Source of the DNA: an uncultured bacterium
Lineage (GTDB): Bacteria; Schekmanbacteria; GWA2-38-11; J061
Reading direction: 5' to 3'
NCBI GenBank assembly: GCA_964549305.1
Contig: CAZJVM010000073.1
Location: 1-12,502 of the forward strand
Length of the DNA: 12,502 bases
Shown here: positions 1 through 7,288 of the stretch, in pieces
Numbering within the stretch: the stretch's first letter is position 1
How the letters are laid out: the number at the start of each line of letters is the position of its first letter
Notes under the pieces: generated by a model
The model's database searches: none
Told to the model about the DNA's origin: nothing
Seen by the model: only the letters and a program-made list of their open reading frames with translations
Translations under genes and position numbers: made by a program

Positions 1-1064
1 CCGAATTCTTTTTCCGCTTTTTTTAGCGCCTGTGATGAAAGTGTTCCGCGTAGCGCGCGGTTGTCAATAATATTGATAATCGCCTTTTCGATTTCATCAC
101 AGTTACGCGAAGGTATGAGTATTCCGTCATTCCCGTTATTTATAATTTCCTTAATTGGCGCAATATCTGATGCAATGACAGGTACGCCTGAAAGCATCGC
201 TTCCTTTATCGCAGAGGGCGAACCTTCGCCTTCAATCGTAGGATGAACGAGAACATCGAACTGCGGGATAACAGTTTCTATGTCATTTCTGAATCCTGTG
301 AAAATTATATTGTCTGCTAATCCCATTTTGCGGGACATTTCCGTTAATTCATCCCTTAGAGGACCTTCTCCCGCGATTATAAGGAACGCTTCAGCTTTCT
401 TTTTACATACGCCTTCCATTGCACGAATCAGATAACTGTGTCCCTTGTGTGGCGAGAGATGACTGACCGCGCCGATTATGAAAGAATTATCCGGAATTGA
501 AAATTCATCTTTCAGACTTGATGAGTGGTTCCCGCGAGCAAATCTCTCCTTTTCGATACCGCCGTGAATAACGGTTATTTTTTTTTCGTCAATTCCGCAC
601 GCGAGAAGCGATTTCTTCACTGCAGAGGAAACGGCTATTATCGAATCTGCGCCGCGCGAGTATTTATATTTTGAGAATATGCCGCTTTTAAGGGGAAAAT
701 CTATTCTTCGCGTGTAGATATGGGGAAGCGATACTCTCAGACATTTCAGAATGAATCCCATTGCAAGGGCGCGCGGATTGTGAGAGTGAATTATATCGAA
801 AGGTTTTTCAGCAAGCCGTTTTTTTATGGCATAGGCGCCTTTTATATGGATATCAGATGACATCGTGACGGAAAAGAAGGGAAGGTTTCTTCTTTTGCAC
901 TCTTTCCCGATTCCGCTTCCGGGTTGACAGCAGATTACGCTTTCGTGCCCTTGGGCGATCAGCTTTTCTGAAAGAATAACTGTCTGAATCTCTCCTCCGC
1001 GATACTCCTTCTCAGCATTAATGTGAAGTATCGTGAGTTTTTTCTTCCGCTCCTTTTTTTTCAT
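1..1064 (-). CDS. Glycosyltransferase family 4 (GT-B, RfaG/RfaB-like), probable LPS core glycosyltransferase; 3' end lies outside the window
   Basis: Not in the ORF track. Manual translation from ATG 1064-1062 is open to the window edge (354 codons): MKKKERKKKLTILHINAEKEYRGGEIQT...FDIIHSHN...YTRRIDFP...HLSPHKGHSYLIRA...LIIAGEGPLRDEL...IFTGFRNDI...FDVLVHPTIEGEGSPSAIKEAMLSGVPVIASDI. It has the N-terminal GGE loop and the GT4 E-x7-E motif (EGSPSAIKE, 227-201). The start overlaps the GT2 gene by 47 nt, so the exact start is somewhat uncertain. Confidence 0.9.
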   Translation of the reverse strand, partial: MKKKERKKKLTILHINAEKEYRGGEIQTVILSEKLIAQGHESVICCQPGSGIGKECKRRNLPFFSVTMSSDIHIKGAYAIKKRLAEKPFDIIHSHNPRALAMGFILKCLRVSLPHIYTRRIDFPLKSGIFSKYKYSRGADSIIAVSSAVKKSLLACGIDEKKITVIHGGIEKERFARGNHSSSLKDEFSIPDNSFIIGAVSHLSPHKGHSYLIRAMEGVCKKKAEAFLIIAGEGPLRDELTEMSRKMGLADNIIFTGFRNDIETVIPQFDVLVHPTIEGEGSPSAIKEAMLSGVPVIASDIAPIKEIINNGNDGILIPSRNCDEIEKAIINIIDNRALRGTLSSQALKKAEKEF

Positions 1065-1812
1065 TCAATTCCCACAGTTTCGCGTATTTCAAAAATTCGG
1101 AAAATACCGTTGAAAGAGAAATCATCACTCCTCTTTCACCGTCAAGAAACGCGCCTTTTAAAATCAGTTTTTTAAAAAGCGTCACAAAGGGAAGGAAAAG
1201 CAGGTGATAAAGACGGCACTTCTTTCCGCTTTGAAAATATTCCTCCGCGCCAATGGATGTAAAATAATCAATCTGCGAAAAATGTCTTTCAAGGTTATTG
1301 TAGCTTAAATGTATTATGGGCGCCTTCAGATATCCCGCTTTACCGTTAAGAATTACGCTGTCGTGAGGATTTCTCCCTCCCCACTTTCCCTTATCTTTCC
1401 TGAAAAGGCGAATCTTGCAGTCCGGATTCCAACCGCTGTGATTGATTTTTTTGCCGAGATAGTAGTTTTCGCGCCTTATGAAATAACCGCTAAGAGGGGA
1501 AGGGGAGTTGATTGTTTCCTTTATCTCATTCTTTAATTCGTCGCTTATTCTTTCGTCGGCATCGATAGAGACAATCCATTTACCATTGGCAAGAGAAAGG
1601 GCGTAATTTTTTTGTTCTATATGCCCCTTGAATTCCTTTTGAAAAAAACGGTCTGTATATTTTTTTACAATATTTGCGGTTTCGTCACTGCTGAAAGAAT
1701 CGACTACGACGATTTCATCTGCCCACGATACAGATTCAAGGCAGTCTTTGATGTTGTTTTCTTCGTTAAGGGCGATTATAACCGCGCTTAGATTTATATT
1801 TTCGCCGGTCAC
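1018..1812 (-). CDS. Glycosyltransferase family 2, WaaE/KdtX/LgtF-like beta-1,4-glucosyltransferase of the LPS inner core
   Basis: 264 aa with a GTG start. Motifs: LSAVIIALNEENNIKDCLESVSWADEIVVVDSFSSDET, QKNYAL, DADE (DxD), IRLFRK, and C-terminal FLDGERG...FLKYAKLWE typical of this GT2 subfamily. LPS operon context. Confidence 0.88.
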   Translation of the reverse strand: MTGENINLSAVIIALNEENNIKDCLESVSWADEIVVVDSFSSDETANIVKKYTDRFFQKEFKGHIEQKNYALSLANGKWIVSIDADERISDELKNEIKETINSPSPLSGYFIRRENYYLGKKINHSGWNPDCKIRLFRKDKGKWGGRNPHDSVILNGKAGYLKAPIIHLSYNNLERHFSQIDYFTSIGAEEYFQSGKKCRLYHLLFLPFVTLFKKLILKGAFLDGERGVMISLSTVFSEFLKYAKLWELNEKKGAEEKTHDTSH

Positions 1813-1815
1813 TTG

Positions 1816-1836
1816 AAAAATCGGTAAAGATTACCG
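1816..1836 (-). terminator. Weak hairpin plus U-tract directly after the Trm112-like stop codon (possible weak terminator, pause or processing site)
   Basis: Minus strand reads CGGTAA-TCT-TTACCG-A-TTTTT: a 6-bp perfect stem (1836-1831 with 1827-1822), 3-nt loop and 5 U. The stem is short, so termination would be partial at best. Confidence 0.3.
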
Positions 1837-2007
1837 TTATTCGATTTTTTTGGCTTCTTCGGGAAGCATAATAGGAATGTCATCTTTAATCTCATAAAGG
1901 AGTTTGCACTTTTCGCAGACTAATCCGTTTTTCGAATCATTCAGGTGAATGTCGCCCTTGCATTGAGGACAGGCAAGTATGTCAAGCAACTCTTTATCTA
2001 TACCCAT
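1837..2007 (-). CDS. ycaR: Trm112-like / YcaR (UPF0434) family small zinc-binding protein
   Basis: Not in the ORF track (56 aa). Manual translation: MGIDKELLDILACPQCKGDIHLNDSKNGLVCEKCKLLYEIKDDIPIMLPEEAKKIE*. Matches the family pattern LLxILACPxCKG...LxCxxC...YxIxDxIPxML..EA. Strong SD AAGGAG at 2020-2015. Confidence 0.93.
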   Translation of the reverse strand: MGIDKELLDILACPQCKGDIHLNDSKNGLVCEKCKLLYEIKDDIPIMLPEEAKKIE

Positions 2008-2014
2008 ATTATTG

Positions 2015-2020
2015 CTCCTT
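2015..2020 (-). promoter_or_regulatory. Shine-Dalgarno site of the Trm112-like gene
   Basis: AAGGAG on the minus strand, 7 nt before ATG 2007. Confidence 0.75.
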
Positions 2021-2032
2021 TAAAGCGTTTTG

Positions 2033-2512
2033 TTAATCAGTCCCGTTAATTTTTTCAATCATATCCGATGATGAATGGTCTTTGTTATCGCCCACTATGG
2101 CAATTCGCCCGCCGTATTCCTTCACCGTTTCTCTTTCCGGTACCGTGTCAATGGTGTAGTCGGTGCCTTTCGCGTGCACATCGGGTTTGAGCGTAAGAAG
2201 TATGTTAACTACGTCAGTTTCTTCAAAAGAGGTAACAAAGTCAACGGTTTCAAGGGACGAAATTATCTCCATTCTTTCCGAAAGGGGCATTAAGGGTCTT
2301 CCCTCGCCCTTTAGCGCGGCAGATGAAGCATCGCTGTTCAGCGCCGTGATGAGTATGTCTCCCTCTTCCTTTGCGCCCTTGAGATATCTTATATGCCCCA
2401 CGTGAAGTATATCGAAACATCCGTTTGAAAGGACAACACTTTTGCCTTCACTGCGAAGTCGTGAAACAATTTCTTTAAGCTCGTCAACTGTTTTTATTTT
2501 TTCTTCAGACAT
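2033..2512 (-). CDS. hldC: D-glycero-beta-D-manno-heptose 1-phosphate adenylyltransferase (stand-alone HldE domain II)
   Basis: 159 aa. NGCFDILHVGHIRYL (HxGH nucleotidyltransferase motif), ALNSDAS..LKGEGRP, KGTDY and a C-terminal HSSS. Lies directly downstream of the heptose kinase. Confidence 0.9.
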   Translation of the reverse strand: MSEEKIKTVDELKEIVSRLRSEGKSVVLSNGCFDILHVGHIRYLKGAKEEGDILITALNSDASSAALKGEGRPLMPLSERMEIISSLETVDFVTSFEETDVVNILLTLKPDVHAKGTDYTIDTVPERETVKEYGGRIAIVGDNKDHSSSDMIEKINGTD

Positions 2513-3531
2513 CTTATTTTGGGAATCGAATTTTCTCTTTTTACGGCGGAAAGCAACTCATCTCCTGACACTGTCGCGGTACCGCTTTTCATTACGACTA
2601 TGCCTCCTGCGCAGTTTGACAAAACCATTGCCTCTCTGAATGACGCGCCGCTTGCAAGGGAAAGCGTGAAAGCGCTTATTACTGTATCTCCCGCGCCCGT
2701 TACATCGGAGATTTCATCCTTTCCGTGAACCGGCGTATGGCACACAGTGCCGTCTTTTTCAAAAAGAGACATTCCGCGCCGTCCCCGCGTGATTAAAAGA
2801 GCGTCGGGATTGGTTATTTCAAAAAGCCGTTTTCCGCATTCGATTATGCTTTCTTCATCGTCTCCCACGGAAATTCCCGTTGCCCGCGATGCCTCACCCT
2901 CGTTTGGAGTGAGCGCGGTGATATTGCGAAATTTGTTAAATCTGAATCTTGAATCAACGGTAATTATGATTCCGTTTCTTTCAGCGAAGGAATTGAGGAA
3001 ATCAATCATCTTGTCTGATATTACTCCAAGATTGTAATCGGATATTACCAGCGCGTCCAGGGCAGGCAGGGCTTTTTCCAGTTTCTTGATGAGTTTCTTC
3101 TCAAGGGCGCTTTCTATGGTATTGTTGCTTTCCCTGTCAATTCGTATTACCTGCTGTTTTGCCGTGTGATGTCCGCCTGCGAGGATTCTTGTCTTTCGCG
3201 CGGTGGTGCGTTTCCTGTCCTTGAGAATATTCCCAGTATCTATGCCCCTGCCTTTAAACTGTTTGAGAAGTATTTTCCCCGTGTCGTCATCACCTATAAC
3301 TCCGAAGGGAATCACTTCACAACCTAAAGCGTTAAGATTGTAGCAGGCGTTTCCGCAACCTCCGGGGAAAAGGTTGCCCTTGTCGAATTTAAGTATTAAA
3401 ACCGGTGCTTCCCGCGACACCCTGTCAGTTGCGCCGTAGATGTATTCGTCGGCGATGAAGTCACCGATTGCGCCGATTCGCCTTTTGCCGAATCTCCTGA
3501 TTATCTTTTCCAAAGAGTTTCTCTTAACCAT
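2494..3531 (-). CDS. hldA: D-glycero-D-manno-heptose 7-phosphate kinase (PfkB family, stand-alone HldE domain I)
   Basis: 345 aa. IGDFIADEYIYGATDRVSREAPVLI, PGGCGN, QQVIRIDRE, ISDYNLG, LTPNEGEA and the PfkB signature DVTGAGDTVI...SNCAGGIVVMKSGTATV. Confidence 0.92.
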   Translation of the reverse strand: MVKRNSLEKIIRRFGKRRIGAIGDFIADEYIYGATDRVSREAPVLILKFDKGNLFPGGCGNACYNLNALGCEVIPFGVIGDDDTGKILLKQFKGRGIDTGNILKDRKRTTARKTRILAGGHHTAKQQVIRIDRESNNTIESALEKKLIKKLEKALPALDALVISDYNLGVISDKMIDFLNSFAERNGIIITVDSRFRFNKFRNITALTPNEGEASRATGISVGDDEESIIECGKRLFEITNPDALLITRGRRGMSLFEKDGTVCHTPVHGKDEISDVTGAGDTVISAFTLSLASGASFREAMVLSNCAGGIVVMKSGTATVSGDELLSAVKRENSIPKIRCLKKK

Positions 3532-4114
3532 TGTTTATATCATCCAAAATCCACTCCACCGCGTCGAGTATGTCATCGCCTGTGAAGTCGGGATTCACTT
3601 CCTTCATCTCCGGACAGGAAACCTCTCCCTCTCCGTATCCGGTTTTTACTATTACGGCTTTTGCGCCTGCATTTTTTGCAAGTTGAGCATCTGAAACCTT
3701 ATCACCTATTACGAAACATCGTTTCAAGTCAAGATTGAAATCCTTTGCCGCTTTCTCAAGCATTCCAGTAAGGGGTTTTCTGCAGCGGCATTTTTTTCTG
3801 AAGGGAGGTTTGCCCACTGACGGGTGGTGCGAGCAGTAGTATAATCCGTCAAGGTGAGCGCCTTCTGCTTTGAGAAGCAATTCAAGGCGTTTTAGAGTCG
3901 CCTTCAGTGTTGCTTCGTCGAAGTAACCTCTCGCGATTCCCGCCTGATTGGTGGCAAGAAAGGCGAGTACGCCGTTTTCGTTTAATTTTCTTATGGCGCG
4001 CGCGCATCTTGGCAGAAGCGTGAGGCGGTTCGGGTCGTTTATATAACCGCCTTCAACGGTCATAGTGCCGTCTCTGTCAATGAATACGGCGCGTCTGCTC
4101 TCTGTCTTTCTCAT
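3524..4114 (-). CDS. gmhB: D-glycero-D-manno-heptose 1,7-bisphosphate phosphatase (HAD-IIIA)
   Basis: 196 aa. HAD motif I FIDRDGT, TNQAGIARG, zinc loop CSHHP...CRCRKP, IGDKVSD, VKTGYG. Sits between the heptosyltransferase and the heptose kinase. Confidence 0.92.
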   Translation of the reverse strand: MRKTESRRAVFIDRDGTMTVEGGYINDPNRLTLLPRCARAIRKLNENGVLAFLATNQAGIARGYFDEATLKATLKRLELLLKAEGAHLDGLYYCSHHPSVGKPPFRKKCRCRKPLTGMLEKAAKDFNLDLKRCFVIGDKVSDAQLAKNAGAKAVIVKTGYGEGEVSCPEMKEVNPDFTGDDILDAVEWILDDINNG

Positions 4115-5199
4115 TTTTTTTCCTTGTCAGGCGCGAGGTTTAAACTGTCTATGATTTTATCACAGGCATCGGTTACATCCATAGATTTTATTGACTCTAT
4201 ACATTCCGGTTTTCCCGATTCCGCGGGCGTGCACTCCTTGAAGAATCTCTGCTTGCAGGGACGACAGGGAAATTCATTTTTTACCTGCGCGTAAAGTTCG
4301 GGCGATGTGAAGGGGTGCGTCTTTTTATCGTTGCCCGGTCCGAAAATCACCACCAAAGGTGTTTTAAGGGCGGACGCGATATGCATCGGACCGCTGTCGT
4401 TACCTATGAAGAGAGTCGATTTTTGAATGATTGCCGCGGTCTTCCCTATGCTTATCTCCCCCGCGAGGTTAAGTTTGTCTCCTTTTAAAAGCGCGGAAAC
4501 CCTGTCGGCGCCTTCAACGTCGTCTTTGCCACCGGTGAATATGATTGCGGCATCGTATTTTTCGCATAGATGATTGCAAACATCGGCATATCTTTCATAG
4601 TGCCACGAGCGCTCTTTCGTTGATGTGCCAGTATGGATTACGGCGACAAATCTACCTGAAAGGTTTTTTTCCCTGAAGAATGTTTCCGCGAAGGAAATGT
4701 CTTCTTTGCTCAGTTTGAGTGATAATTCAGGGTTTTTCACGGAAATTCCGCATTCAGTGAGAATGTTGGCAAAATACCGGACTTCGTGAATTTCATTGAT
4801 ATTCGCGGGGACGGCGATTTTATCAGTGAGAAGAAATCCTCTGCCGTCCCTGGCGTATCCTATACGTGTCGGAATGCCCATCATAAATACTTCGAGGGCG
4901 CTTTCAAAGGAATTCGTGAAGAGTATTGCCGCGTCAAAACCTCTTTTTGCCTGTGAGCGCAAGAGTTTCCATTTTTTAGATAATTCACTCCCCTTCGCGG
5001 GATGGGGAATAGTTATGAAATCGTCGGCATATCCGCATGATTCGAGTATGGAAACGACACTTCCCTTCGCGCCGATTGTTATATGGGTATTGGGCAAATG
5101 CTCTCTGATTGCTTTCAGCGTGGGCAGTGTCATTACGGCATCGCCTATCCAGTTAGATTCCCTTATATAAAGTTTTTTAATATCCGTGCTATTTAACAC
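4111..5199 (-). CDS. waaF: LPS heptosyltransferase (GT9), WaaF/heptosyltransferase II-like
   Basis: 362 aa with a GTG start. IRESNWIGDAVMTLP, FTNSFESAL, RIGYARDGRGFLLT, NLAGEIS, GNDSGPMHIASAL, IFGP, and C-terminal CRPC...C...C. The NWIGDAVM/NSF/RIGY pattern is WaaF-type. Acceptor specificity is inferred. Confidence 0.85.
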   Translation of the reverse strand: MLNSTDIKKLYIRESNWIGDAVMTLPTLKAIREHLPNTHITIGAKGSVVSILESCGYADDFITIPHPAKGSELSKKWKLLRSQAKRGFDAAILFTNSFESALEVFMMGIPTRIGYARDGRGFLLTDKIAVPANINEIHEVRYFANILTECGISVKNPELSLKLSKEDISFAETFFREKNLSGRFVAVIHTGTSTKERSWHYERYADVCNHLCEKYDAAIIFTGGKDDVEGADRVSALLKGDKLNLAGEISIGKTAAIIQKSTLFIGNDSGPMHIASALKTPLVVIFGPGNDKKTHPFTSPELYAQVKNEFPCRPCKQRFFKECTPAESGKPECIESIKSMDVTDACDKIIDSLNLAPDKEKK

Positions 5200-6127
5200 T
5201 TTTCTTTTTTCCCGGTTTGCGTTTTCTGCGACTTTCCGCTGTTTCGTCTTTTTTGGGTTTTGTCTTCCACCTGCGATGTACCCAAAACCATTGTCCCGGA
5301 TATTCTCTTATAACGGATTCAAGGCTTTTTGTAAGCTTTTGCGTGATGTTGAATATCTCTTCGTCGCGCTCATTTTCTGCATCGGGAATGATTGGCTTTT
5401 CCACACGCATCGTGAAACGGTTATAGCCGGTTCTGATTATATATGCGGGAATAATGGGAGTGCCTGTACGAAGTGAAATGATTGCGGGGGCAAAACTCGT
5501 GCACGCTTCCCTGCCGAAAAAATCCACGAAGATGCCTTCGCGCCTTTTTACATTCTGGTCGTGAAGAGTGCCTATGACTCCCCCTCCGGAAACAACCTTC
5601 ATAATGGGGCGAAGGGCATTTTTCTTGTCTATCACCGAGTTTCCCGTATAAGTCCTGAAATAGCTTATAATGTTGTCCAGAACCTTGTTGTCCAGAGGGC
5701 GCGCAACGATGTGCGCGGGTTTGCTTATAAGCGACCAGGCATGGGGCATTATTTCCCAGTTTCCGAAATGCCCGGTACAGCAGATGATACCCCTGCCCGT
5801 TTTTTTAACTTCCTTGAAATATTCTATGTTTTCAAACTTTATGTATTTTTCGATGTTTTCTTTTCTGATACGGGGCATTGCGCACATCTCCGAGAATGTA
5901 AGCGCAATATTTCTGAACGCTTCATAGGCGGTTTTTTTGACCTCCTTTTCGCTCATACTTTCCTTGAATACAAAGCGTATATTCTCCATTGCCCTTTCGC
6001 GGTGCGCCGAGTCGGCGATAAACGCGATGTAGGCAAGGAAGGAAAAAAGAGGGTATGCAACGGGAGAGGGGATTGCCCCTATTGCCCTTGCAACGAATAG
6101 TCCCAATCCTGTAAGAAACTTTTCCAT
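5189..6127 (-). CDS. lpxL: Lipid A late acyltransferase (LpxL/HtrB-LpxM family)
   Basis: 312 aa. N-terminal hydrophobic anchor, catalytic GHFGNWE (H-x4-E), ARPLDN, DQN, FVDFFG, IREYPGQWFWVHRRWK. Acyl-chain specificity cannot be read from the sequence. Confidence 0.87.
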   Translation of the reverse strand: MEKFLTGLGLFVARAIGAIPSPVAYPLFSFLAYIAFIADSAHRERAMENIRFVFKESMSEKEVKKTAYEAFRNIALTFSEMCAMPRIRKENIEKYIKFENIEYFKEVKKTGRGIICCTGHFGNWEIMPHAWSLISKPAHIVARPLDNKVLDNIISYFRTYTGNSVIDKKNALRPIMKVVSGGGVIGTLHDQNVKRREGIFVDFFGREACTSFAPAIISLRTGTPIIPAYIIRTGYNRFTMRVEKPIIPDAENERDEEIFNITQKLTKSLESVIREYPGQWFWVHRRWKTKPKKDETAESRRKRKPGKKKSVK

Positions 6128-6184
6128 AACTTCGACGATTTAACACGAAATCAAAAATTGTAAAACCTGTAAAGGGGATGAGAT

Positions 6185-7285
6185 TTAATTAAATGGCTTT
6201 AAAAGAAAATTTCTGAATTCGTCATTTTCCTCAATCCTGAAGCTTATGACAGGATAAATGAGTCTGCCGGCATTCTTCAGGATTTCGCCGTTTCTCGATA
6301 TGTCTTTTTCCGTTGTAACGAGAAAATCTGCGCTCTGTTGCCTCATAGCTTTTTTAAGCGCCGCGATATCCCCGTCGCAATATGAGTGATGGTCGCGAAA
6401 TGAAATAAAATCGCATATTTCAATCCCCGTTTCTTCGATTGTTGATTTAAAGGAACCGGAATCAGCGATGGCGCAGAAGGCGACTGCTTTTTTCCCTGTA
6501 AAATCCCGTGGTTTGAAATCACTGGTAATGCCGTATTCCCTTACTGATGAGATTTCGTGGCAGGCGTGAAAAATCGGTTTTTCAGAGGCGCGTTTTCTGA
6601 AGAATAACTCGCACATGGGCACATCGCTTCCCTTCTGGTTTGTCTTTGTAAGGATTATGATGTCAGCCCTTTTTATGGCGCTTTTCCCTTCCCGTAAAGT
6701 GCCTGCGGGAATGGGAAATGAATCTGCGGGATTTACTCTGCTGTCCCATAGAAGGATGTTCAAATCTCTTTCAAGATTTATATGCTGAAAACCGTCGTCC
6801 AGTATAAGCGCTTCTACATTAAACCTTTCAATTGCCGTTTCCCCTCCGCGGTATCTTTCCCTGTCCTGAATTACGGGCACGCCCGGGAGATTTGCGGCGA
6901 TGAGATGATTTTCATCGGAAGACAAAGGAGGATTTATCAAAACTTTATCCTTATCGGAAACGACAATACTTGTCCCCCTGTCGGCACTGCTTCCGTAACC
7001 TCTGCTCAAAACCGCGTGCGTTATACCTTCGCCTGAAAGGATTTTTGAAATTTCGATAACAGCAGGTGTTTTACCTGTGCCACCCCAACTCAAATTGCCC
7101 ACGGAGATTACGGGCACGGGCAATTTTCGCGCTTTCAGAAGTCCCGCGCCGTAAAGTTTTTCCTTTATCAGGGGCACAGATGAATAAATCGCCGATAAGG
7201 GGATGAGTATAGTCCTGAATGCCTTCGCCCCGGCACTTTTATCCTTTCCGCTGATGGCAGAGAGATAATAACTTTTCAGTGACAT
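6185..7285 (-). CDS. lpxK: Tetraacyldisaccharide 4'-kinase (lipid A 4'-kinase)
   Basis: 366 aa. PVPVISVGNLSWGGTGKTP (Walker A), LSRGYG, SDE, ILDDGFQH (Walker B), LRE, FRDHHSY, TTEKD. Confidence 0.95.
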   Translation of the reverse strand: MSLKSYYLSAISGKDKSAGAKAFRTILIPLSAIYSSVPLIKEKLYGAGLLKARKLPVPVISVGNLSWGGTGKTPAVIEISKILSGEGITHAVLSRGYGSSADRGTSIVVSDKDKVLINPPLSSDENHLIAANLPGVPVIQDRERYRGGETAIERFNVEALILDDGFQHINLERDLNILLWDSRVNPADSFPIPAGTLREGKSAIKRADIIILTKTNQKGSDVPMCELFFRKRASEKPIFHACHEISSVREYGITSDFKPRDFTGKKAVAFCAIADSGSFKSTIEETGIEICDFISFRDHHSYCDGDIAALKKAMRQQSADFLVTTEKDISRNGEILKNAGRLIYPVISFRIEENDEFRNFLLKPFN

Positions 7286-7288
7286 AGT

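Noticed and set aside
61..5170. Short plus-strand ORFs (61-246, 1309-1536, 2075-2293, 2163-2405, 2442-2639, 2519-2728, 2747-3037, 3440-3694, 4796-5170)
   Set aside because: All lie antisense to motif-bearing LPS genes and show no family features.
1018..5270. Lys/Arg-rich termini on the GT4 (MKKKERKKK), HldA (KIRCLKKK) and LpxL (RRKRKPGKKKSVK)
   Set aside because: They coincide with A-rich gene overlaps and initiation regions and are probably by-products of operon compaction.
5561..6100. 179-aa plus-strand ORF, plus 5186-5476, 5217-5426 and 5670-5927
   Set aside because: Antisense shadows of the well-supported lpxL gene, with no recognisable motifs.
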